Source of the DNA: an uncultured Oscillospiraceae bacterium
GTDB taxonomy: Bacteria > Bacillota > Clostridia > Peptostreptococcales > Anaerovoracaceae
Direction of reading: 5' to 3'
Assembly: GCA_964387185.1 (NCBI GenBank)
Contig: CAYLVS010000002.1
Span: 2,848 to 27,754, forward strand
Length of the DNA stretch: 24,907 nt
Made by a program: the position numbers and the translations under genes. Of the stretch, positions 18,328 through 24,907 are shown one piece after another. How positions within the stretch are numbered: the first letter of the stretch is position 1; every line of letters begins with the position of its first letter. The notes beneath the pieces were generated by a model. That model saw nothing but the letters and a program-made list of their open reading frames with translations. It had not been told where the DNA came from and did no database searches.

Positions 18328-19443
18328 ATGCCTATTATTAATAACAAGAACTTGATGTATCAGGTCATAGAAAATATGACCAACATGGTTCGCATTATGG
18401 ACAGCGACAGCAATATTTTGTACATGAATAAAAGCATGAAAGAGGAGTTTGGGGACTTCGTTGGTAAAAAATGCCATACAATGCTGTGCAGCGATGGCAA
18501 ATGCGACACATGCATCAGTGAAATGTCCATAAAGAGCGGTCATGCCGAGATGAAGGAAGTGAGTTTCGGAGGTAGGCTGTATCGAATCATGGCGTCGCCC
18601 GCCACAGAAAAGGTGGATAGCAGCTATTCCATTGAAATATTTCAGGACATAACGGAACAAAGAAAGCTGGAAGAGCAGTATCGCAAGCACTATGAAAAAT
18701 TGAAAGACGATATTGAGTTTGCAAAGCAGGTACAGAGGAAGGCCCTTCCCCAGGATGGGGCATATTGGGGCGCAATACGAGCCTATTCTGCTTATGCGCC
18801 AAGCGAGGATCTCAGTGGCGACATTTACGACATCGTGAAAGTCGACGATGATAATTGCGTGTTTTACATAGCAGACGTATCCGGTCATGGGGTTCGTTCA
18901 TCCCTGCTGACCATGTCCCTACGCCAAACGATACGGGGAATGAAAGCGGCGGCGGCAGACCACGCTGCTGTTTTGTACGAGCTTATTGAAGGCTACCACG
19001 AACTTAATCTGGACAGAGAACAGTTCGTTTCCCTGCTATATGGCGTGTATAATAAGAAGACTAGGGGCTTATCTCTGTTCAATGCGGGACACAACTGTCT
19101 GCCGATTATATTGGAAAACGGAAAAAAAGAAAATACGAGAATTACGGAAATAAAGCTGAAAGGAATGCCCATTTGTAGTTTGCTTTCCTCACCAAATCAT
19201 GAAGTCAAAACATTTCAGATGGAAAAAGGAGATAAAATCCTGCTCTATACGGACGGCATAACGGAAGCGTTTAACAAGGACAAAAACCGGGCATTCGGCA
19301 TTTCAGGGCTAAAGAAGGTGATTCATAAATTAGGTGTGGATGAGGGCAAGGCTCTGGCAGAGGGCATTATAGACGAAGCCAAGACATTTGCGGGAGGCTC
19401 CGCCATGGACGATATGGCAGTTCTGCTATTGGAGTTGCTATAA
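18328..19443 (+). CDS. PAS-domain PP2C/SpoIIE-family (RsbU/RsbP-like) Ser/Thr phosphatase
   Basis: 371 aa. PAS-like N-terminus ending FQDITEQ, coiled coil DDIEFAKQVQRKALP, PP2C motifs SGDIYD, IADVSGHG, NAGH, LLYTDGITEA and DDMAVL. Confidence 0.9.
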   Translation: MPIINNKNLMYQVIENMTNMVRIMDSDSNILYMNKSMKEEFGDFVGKKCHTMLCSDGKCDTCISEMSIKSGHAEMKEVSFGGRLYRIMASPATEKVDSSYSIEIFQDITEQRKLEEQYRKHYEKLKDDIEFAKQVQRKALPQDGAYWGAIRAYSAYAPSEDLSGDIYDIVKVDDDNCVFYIADVSGHGVRSSLLTMSLRQTIRGMKAAAADHAAVLYELIEGYHELNLDREQFVSLLYGVYNKKTRGLSLFNAGHNCLPIILENGKKENTRITEIKLKGMPICSLLSSPNHEVKTFQMEKGDKILLYTDGITEAFNKDKNRAFGISGLKKVIHKLGVDEGKALAEGIIDEAKTFAGGSAMDDMAVLLLELL

Positions 19444-19446
19444 CAA

Positions 19447-19992
19447 CTAGTCTTTCAGGGTTTTGATTCCCTCATTGGCTAAATAATCAGCACGGTTGTT
19501 TTTCTCAGTGATGGCAACAAAATCATCCATTGTAAAATGCGGTCCATTCCACTCGACGAACTTTTCATACAAGGATTTTTTGTTGGTCTTGGGACTCTGG
19601 AGATTGACGTGGCCTTTAACCCGATAGAAAGAAATCTGATGTTGGTTGATCAGCTGAAAAAGGGCTTCCCAGAGATCGCGATTTTCAACGTCGGTCTTTT
19701 TTGAAGTTCGCCACCCGTTTTGCTGCCAATTCTCATACCATTTCTCACGAAAGCAGTTAACCAGATAAGAGCTATCAGAAAAAACAGAAATGGTTTGACC
19801 GGCTTTTTTTAAGGCCTTTAGTGCATTCAGCAGGGCCATCATCTCCATGCGATTGTTGGTGGTGTTTTCTTCTCCGCCAAAAAGCTCTTTGCTATGTTCT
19901 CCATATTCAAGAAGAGCGCCCCAGCCGCCCAAATTGGTGTCGTTTTGATTTCCGGAACAGGCTCCGTCCGTGTAAATGTTTATGGTTTTCAT
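19447..19992 (-). CDS. rnhA: Ribonuclease HI
   Basis: 181 aa. IYTDGACSGN, TTNNRMEM, FSDSSYL, VENRDLW, VKGH, NNRADYLA. AGGAGG RBS. Confidence 0.95.
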   Translation of the reverse strand: MKTINIYTDGACSGNQNDTNLGGWGALLEYGEHSKELFGGEENTTNNRMEMMALLNALKALKKAGQTISVFSDSSYLVNCFREKWYENWQQNGWRTSKKTDVENRDLWEALFQLINQHQISFYRVKGHVNLQSPKTNKKSLYEKFVEWNGPHFTMDDFVAITEKNNRADYLANEGIKTLKD

Positions 19993-20009
19993 CGTGCCCT
20001 CCTGAAAAT

Positions 20010-20038
20010 ATTATGCTTTAAGCCCAGTCAAATGTAAA
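20010..20038 (-). promoter_or_regulatory. Putative sigma-A promoter of rnhA
   Basis: Minus strand reads TTTACA (20038-20033), 17 nt, CATAAT (20015-20010). Confidence 0.55.
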
Positions 20039-20054
20039 GCTATCTTAAATCCTA

Positions 20055-20087
20055 CGTAATACGTTTGTAATATTAATGGTTTATACT
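20055..20087 (+). promoter_or_regulatory. WalR-like (OmpR-family) direct repeat with downstream -10
   Basis: CGTAAT-N5-TGTAAT (20055-20071), 1 mismatch to TGTWAH-N5-TGTWAH. TATACT follows 10 nt downstream (20082-20087). A second TATAAT lies at 20184-20189. Confidence 0.5.
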
Positions 20088-20216
20088 GAACTTGCTTCAG
20101 GCGTGGATTTTAAACAATGCGCTACTTATGGCATATTATAACAGACAGACCTGAGATTTGTGTTAAGTCACAAAAAAGGCAGATATAATAAGCAAAAAGA
20201 AGGGAGGAGAACGTAT

Positions 20217-20753
20217 ATGAAAAAAACAATTATGACGCTGGTATTTGTGGCAGTGTTGCTGTGCAGCACGATATTTTCCGCCGCGACATCCGACCCGGCC
20301 GTATCAATTGTTAGCCCATCCCAGACAGTAAGCGGTAGCAGTCTCCTCGTTTCCGTTAAAATGACTGCACCAAAGACTATAAAGGTCTTTGTATATGAAG
20401 AAAAGGAAAAAGTCGGCGACACTTTGGTATCTATCGATCCAACCACCGTATCAACTGAAAATTTTTCATCAAAAACCCTCTTCAGTGTCTCCGTCATCAC
20501 ACCGGAAACGTTTGAAGGCACCGGAAGTCTGCAGTTCTACAACAAGCAGATCAATGACGTTTCACCGGGACTTTATCGCATCAAGGTAGAAGTGCTCGAT
20601 GTGAACAATGCTGTCACTGCCACATCTACGCAGCGAACTGTTGTCATGCCAAAAGACAGTGAAGCCGCCAGCGGCAGCGAGATATTCCAGTCCCAGCAAA
20701 CAGGTGCGTTACAATGGGTGCAAAACCTGATAAAAAGCATCTTTAAAAACTAG
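20217..20753 (+). CDS. Secreted/surface protein of unknown function (178 aa)
   Basis: Start reassigned to ATG 20217 behind GGGAGGAG. Signal peptide MKKTIMTLVFVAVLLCSTIFSAA, beta-strand-rich body (Ig-like by pattern only), C-terminal amphipathic LQWVQNLIKSIF. Confidence 0.85.
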   Translation: MKKTIMTLVFVAVLLCSTIFSAATSDPAVSIVSPSQTVSGSSLLVSVKMTAPKTIKVFVYEEKEKVGDTLVSIDPTTVSTENFSSKTLFSVSVITPETFEGTGSLQFYNKQINDVSPGLYRIKVEVLDVNNAVTATSTQRTVVMPKDSEAASGSEIFQSQQTGALQWVQNLIKSIFKN

Positions 20754-20767
20754 GGCGGCGGACTGCC

Positions 20768-22243
20768 ATGGGTAAGCCAAAGCGGTATGTAGAGCCTGTA
20801 AAAAACATCATTTTAGTAGTATTGTTCTTAACAACAATGCTGCTTTTGTATTTTTTTTGGGGATCCCCCATGTCTGACAGTTTTCGGATAACGGATATCA
20901 TCGGTGAAGAACAGTTGGAAATCCCATCTTTCCAGGCAGTTACCCAGCCGGAGAGGATCGATGTGCACTTCGGTGAAGGCAACTATACGGTACTAGAAGA
21001 GACGGATTTTGACGCTTGGGAACAGTGCCTGCAGATGTTGCGGGACCTGGAAGCAGAAAAAGTTCAGGCTATGGAAGAAATTACTGCCCAGCAATTTGAC
21101 AAGATTATGGACTTTCGCTCCATTCTCTATCGCTTTCATTATGATATGCCTTTAGAATCTTTTTTGAAGCGATACGAACTGCAGGAGATACCGGGAGTGG
21201 ATCAGGTGGGAGCCTTTTCGCTGATTGGGTTTTCTTCCGGAAGTCCGGAAAGCCTGTTTGTTTACAGCAAGAGTAAAGGTAAATACTTTCGGGTCGTTTA
21301 CGAAGAACCCCATGTTTCAATGGATGAACTGCTTACCGCAGTTGAGGACATGCCAAGTGTGAGTTATTACCGTATTGGTACGCTGGTGGGCCGGGACGAT
21401 AATCGCACTCTGGTCCCACTCTCCTTGAATACTTCGCTGGAGGAAATCCTTTATTCGCCGGAATTTGACGACTTGGATACTGCTGAGGTGAAGGACTTTG
21501 CACGGACTTTCTTTGGGGAAAGCTTTGACTTTGTGCGAAAGATTGAAGAGAGTAAGGGTACCCATATTTACATGTATGGATACGGTGAGAAGGTTTTGAC
21601 CATTAGCGTGGAGGGTAGAGTGGAGTACAAGAACAAGGAGACACCCTTGGGAAGTCAGCAGAACTATTTTGACGCCCTAGATTCCGCCCTGAAATTTGTG
21701 GCGACCCATGGAGGATGGCAGACGGATGACAGCATGGAGATGTCTCCCGTGGTTCAATTTGCCAGTGCCGTCGAAAATGAGAAGCGGAAGGGCTATCGTT
21801 TCGTATTCGGCATGCGCCTTTTGGAAGAACCGCTGTACCCGGAAGGTAGCCATTCCATTATGGTTGAAGTGATCCATGGCCAGGTGACTCAGTATTTGCG
21901 CGATATGATAGAAGTTGAAGAAGAAGAGTTCCTGGAACAGACAGAAGGTGCCGAGAGGCAAGCCTTCTCTGCGATCAATATGATTGCACAGAACTACCCC
22001 TATATTGCATCGGTTTTATCGGAAAAGGGGCGTGACTTCAGCAACCTTACAGGTGAAGCACTTTTTGACGTCATTTCCGACTTAGTCATCTCCGTTACCA
22101 CAGGTTACATGAAACCGGAATACAGGCAAGAAGGTGAAAATGCGTTGATTCCTGCGTGGGTCGTAATGGCTGATGATGTTTTGATTTACTTTGATTTGTA
22201 TGATGCGCGGCCACTGGGGCATACAGGTCTAATGGAATCCTGA
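20768..22243 (+). CDS. yycH: YycH/WalH-like membrane-anchored two-component regulatory protein
   Basis: 491 aa. Single N-terminal TM KNIILVVLFLTTMLLLYFFW, large acidic extracytoplasmic domain, C-terminal LIPAWVV. Located upstream of yycI and walJ. Confidence 0.7.
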   Translation: MGKPKRYVEPVKNIILVVLFLTTMLLLYFFWGSPMSDSFRITDIIGEEQLEIPSFQAVTQPERIDVHFGEGNYTVLEETDFDAWEQCLQMLRDLEAEKVQAMEEITAQQFDKIMDFRSILYRFHYDMPLESFLKRYELQEIPGVDQVGAFSLIGFSSGSPESLFVYSKSKGKYFRVVYEEPHVSMDELLTAVEDMPSVSYYRIGTLVGRDDNRTLVPLSLNTSLEEILYSPEFDDLDTAEVKDFARTFFGESFDFVRKIEESKGTHIYMYGYGEKVLTISVEGRVEYKNKETPLGSQQNYFDALDSALKFVATHGGWQTDDSMEMSPVVQFASAVENEKRKGYRFVFGMRLLEEPLYPEGSHSIMVEVIHGQVTQYLRDMIEVEEEEFLEQTEGAERQAFSAINMIAQNYPYIASVLSEKGRDFSNLTGEALFDVISDLVISVTTGYMKPEYRQEGENALIPAWVVMADDVLIYFDLYDARPLGHTGLMES

Positions 22244-22253
22244 GGTAATAATA

Positions 22254-22988
22254 ATGGACTGGACAAAAGCTAAGTCAATCTTAATTGTGGCTTTATTGAT
22301 AACGAATTTGTTTCTCCTTGCAACCTACACGGTGGTAAAGGCTGACAACGGACCTACGGAAGAGGAGCTTCACGCAGAGACGATTGCTCTGCTTGAACAG
22401 AAGCAGATCTACGTGAAAGGAAGCCTCCCGACGCAACATGAGAAGATGCCGGTTTTGATGGTGGAATACGACCGTCCCGACCCGGAGATTCTTCGGCAGA
22501 GGCTGGAGGAACAGACGCCTATGGACGGAGAGTATGGATCCCGGTCAGACATTCTGAAGATGACGGAGGCCTTTCTAAAAAGCTGCGACCTGTGGGATGC
22601 TAACGTGGTTTTGAACAAAATCGAGCAGGAAGAGAGTACGATTCGAGTCTTTTATCGAAATGAATATAACGGTATTCCCGTGGAAGACAGTTATATAATT
22701 TGCACCGTGGAAGGCGGCGTCGTTACTGAGGTTGACCGACTTTGGCTCAGACCGGTGGGTTTAGGAAAGTCTAAGAAAGCTACGGTTTCTGCCTCTGCTG
22801 CTCTTATCGATCTCATGAGGAGTAAGAATGAGCGAGCTACCATCCTCGTTGAGAGTATGGAGATCGTATACTGGCTGAATCCCTCCGATTACGAGGGTGA
22901 AACAGCTATTTCCGATACGGCGTTACCGGCATGGAAGGTGACATATAACGGGGGGCAGAATATGCATGTCCCCGCATATAATGATTAA
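22254..22988 (+). CDS. yycI: YycI/WalI-like two-component regulatory protein
   Basis: 244 aa. Characteristic N-terminus MDWTKAKSILIVALLITNLFLL, C-terminal LPAWKV. Confidence 0.85.
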   Translation: MDWTKAKSILIVALLITNLFLLATYTVVKADNGPTEEELHAETIALLEQKQIYVKGSLPTQHEKMPVLMVEYDRPDPEILRQRLEEQTPMDGEYGSRSDILKMTEAFLKSCDLWDANVVLNKIEQEESTIRVFYRNEYNGIPVEDSYIICTVEGGVVTEVDRLWLRPVGLGKSKKATVSASAALIDLMRSKNERATILVESMEIVYWLNPSDYEGETAISDTALPAWKVTYNGGQNMHVPAYND

Positions 22989-22999
22989 TTAGAAATCAC

Positions 23000-23044
23000 C
23001 ATGGCAAGGGGACGTCCCCCTGCCATGAAACGTCCCCTTGTCAT
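23000..23044. repeat. GC-rich palindrome with duplicated 3' arm (two alternative hairpins)
   Basis: CATGGCAAGGGG-ACGT-CCCCCTGCCATG (23000-23027). ATGGCAAGGGGACGT (23001-23015) can alternatively pair with ACGTCCCCTTGTCAT (23030-23044). Confidence 0.75.
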
Positions 23045-23046
23045 AG

Positions 23047-23078
23047 GAATTTCACATGAATTTCACAAAATAAACACA
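23047..23078. promoter_or_regulatory. 11-bp-period direct repeat, candidate response-regulator site upstream of walJ-htrA
   Basis: GAATTTCACA at 23047-23056 and 23058-23067, third degenerate AACACA at 23073-23078, GATAAT at 23087-23092. Confidence 0.55.
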
Positions 23079-23113
23079 TTCTTATGGATAATCAGATATA
23101 GAGAGGCTTCATT

Positions 23114-23908
23114 ATGACACTAAGTTTTTGCTCCTTTTCAAGTGGTAGCAGTGGAAACTGCTATTTAGTTAAATCCGACACTACAGCAATCCTGGTGGAT
23201 GCAGGCATCAGCGCAAAAAAGATCCTAGGCGGTCTTGCCCATACGGATACCAACGACGAACAGCTGGCGGCGCTGTTGCTGACTCATGAACACAGTGATC
23301 ATATAAAGAGCTTACCCACATTGATGAAGAAACTCGACAGGCTTAAAGCTTACGCCAGTGAAGGGACTTGGGGCGCCATCGACAAGGAAATTGACCCGGC
23401 TAGAAAGCAAAGTTTTACCATAGGACAACCGTTTAAAATCGGTGACATTCGGGTAAATTCATTTCGGGTATGTCATGATGCGGTTGATCCTGTGGGGTAT
23501 TCTTTTTATGAAGGGGGAAGACAGATTAGCATCATAACGGATACGGGCTGTGTAAAAGAAGATATGATGGATCAAATTCGGGATGCAGATCTTTTAGTAC
23601 TGGAAGCCAACCACGATGTGGACATGCTGAAGATTGGCAGGTATCCTTGGTTCCTCAAAAAGAGAATCATGAGTGATTATGGGCACTTGTCCAACGAATC
23701 AGCGGCAAGGATGTTGGTAAGAATACTGTCTGAGAGTGAGAAGCGACGCAGGATCCTGCTGGCACACCTGAGCAGAGAAAACAATTTCCCCGAGATGGCC
23801 TATCAGACGGTAAAAAACATACTCGAGGAAGAAGAGTATTACATAGGTAAGCACGTAGAACTTAGCACAATTGTAAGGGATGAGGTGAGCATCCTCTATC
23901 AAGTTTAA
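23114..23908 (+). CDS. walJ: YycJ/WalJ metallo-beta-lactamase-fold hydrolase
   Basis: 264 aa. SSGSSGNCY, VDAGIS, THEHSDH, CHDAVDP, LEANHDVDML..YPWFLKKRI...GHLSN, LAHLSRENN. Confidence 0.92.
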   Translation: MTLSFCSFSSGSSGNCYLVKSDTTAILVDAGISAKKILGGLAHTDTNDEQLAALLLTHEHSDHIKSLPTLMKKLDRLKAYASEGTWGAIDKEIDPARKQSFTIGQPFKIGDIRVNSFRVCHDAVDPVGYSFYEGGRQISIITDTGCVKEDMMDQIRDADLLVLEANHDVDMLKIGRYPWFLKKRIMSDYGHLSNESAARMLVRILSESEKRRRILLAHLSRENNFPEMAYQTVKNILEEEEYYIGKHVELSTIVRDEVSILYQV

Positions 23909-23931
23909 TGACGGAATAGGGGGAATTGACT

Positions 23932-24907
23932 ATGGATGACAGTAGAATCATTTACGACACAGAAGACGGCCAGCCCAATTTTATACTTATGAACAATGAC
24001 AAAAATGTGGAGAAAGAGAAAAGTCAGGAAGAGCCGGTTCAGAGAGAGCAATATAGCAATGAATTTAGAGGACCTGAAGCTGTGGCCGCACAACCGCTGA
24101 AACCACCAAAACCACCAAAGAAGAAGGGATGGTTTACGAAGTTTGTTGCGGTAGTGCTCATTGTAATACTGTCCGGTAGTGCCGGCTTCATAGGAGGAGT
24201 TGCTGCTGTGGAGTATAGAGGTAGCAACAATGTTCCCGCCGGAACAGGAGATTCGATTACCATTAACCCCGCAGATCATGTGAATACAGCGGAAGCTGTT
24301 GCGGCGAAAGTAATTCCGTCCGTTGTGGGAATCAGTACCACGACGGAAGTGGTCCGGCAGAATATCTTTGGCATGCAGCGGGGTGAGCTGGTGTCCGGCG
24401 TTGGGACCGGCTTCATCGTCCATGAGGATGGCTATATTGTGACCAATTCCCATGTAGTGAATGACGGCAGCGCAAAAACAATTATTGTGCAGTTGACAGA
24501 CGGGCGTGAGTTGCAGGGCACGGTGCTCTGGAGCGATGCCTCCATGGATCTGGCAATGGTCAAAGTTGATGCAAGCAATTTGACGGCAGCTGAACTTGGG
24601 GACTCGGACGAAGTGAATATCGGAGCTTATGCGGTAGCTATTGGAAATCCATTTGGGTTGGTTTTTGACCGAAGCGTGACGCAGGGTGTTATCAGCGGTT
24701 TGAACCGGACAATTACCGTAGGAAGTAGCACCCAATCGGTTACTATGGAAGGCCTGATCCAGACAGATGCCTCTATCAACTCGGGGAACAGCGGCGGGCC
24801 GCTTTTGAACAGTCAGGGGCAGGTAATCGGTATCAACTCGGCAAAGGCGGCATCCGGCGAGGGCCTTGGTTTTGCCATTCCCATCAATACAGCCAAGCCT
24901 ATTATAG
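23932..24907 (+). CDS. htrA: HtrA/DegP-family serine protease (partial, runs off window end; absent from ORF track)
   Basis: Manual translation from ATG 23932 (AGGGGG RBS): cytoplasmic N-terminus, TM FVAVVLIVILSGSAGFIGGVAAV, GTGFIV..GYIVTNSHVV (His), MDLAMVKV (Asp), QTDASINSGNSGGPL (Ser), GLGFAIP. Confidence 0.96.
   Translation, partial: MDDSRIIYDTEDGQPNFILMNNDKNVEKEKSQEEPVQREQYSNEFRGPEAVAAQPLKPPKPPKKKGWFTKFVAVVLIVILSGSAGFIGGVAAVEYRGSNNVPAGTGDSITINPADHVNTAEAVAAKVIPSVVGISTTTEVVRQNIFGMQRGELVSGVGTGFIVHEDGYIVTNSHVVNDGSAKTIIVQLTDGRELQGTVLWSDASMDLAMVKVDASNLTAAELGDSDEVNIGAYAVAIGNPFGLVFDRSVTQGVISGLNRTITVGSSTQSVTMEGLIQTDASINSGNSGGPLLNSQGQVIGINSAKAASGEGLGFAIPINTAKPII

Noticed and set aside
8846-20216. 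N-terminal extensions in the ORF track for jag (8846), mnmE (9982), soj (15267) and the secreted protein (20160)
   Set aside because: Downstream starts have clear SD sequences and match family N-termini.
23905-24735. 276-aa minus-strand ORF
   Set aside because: Antisense to htrA, whose catalytic triad is clear on the plus strand.

Overview
Replication-origin region of a Clostridia-class Firmicute. A Peptostreptococcales/Anaerovoracaceae-like lineage is inferred from protein features only. Contents: gyrA (partial) and gyrB on the minus strand. On the plus strand: dnaA, oriC (DnaA boxes plus DnaA-trios), dnaN, recF, rpmH, rnpA, yidD, yidC, jag, mnmE, mnmG, rsmG, noc, soj and spo0J with two perfect parS sites, then a cysteine desulfurase and a PAS-PP2C phosphatase. 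rnhA is on the minus strand, followed by a secreted unknown protein, yycH, yycI, walJ and htrA (partial). Most genes are ordinary housekeeping genes, but the architecture is not. (1) The oriC-containing dnaA-dnaN-recF block is inverted relative to the canonical Firmicute order: gyrB is divergent from dnaA and recF ends inside the rpmH promoter. (2) The yycH-yycI-walJ-htrA cluster lacks walR/walK. An unknown secreted protein sits in their place behind a WalR-like box. (3) A 147-bp rod-like palindrome lies between jag and mnmE. (4) Both parS sites form the apex of terminator-like hairpins. (5) A four-Cys PAS phosphatase lies directly behind a cysteine desulfurase. I saw no rRNA, tRNA, CRISPR array or transposase.
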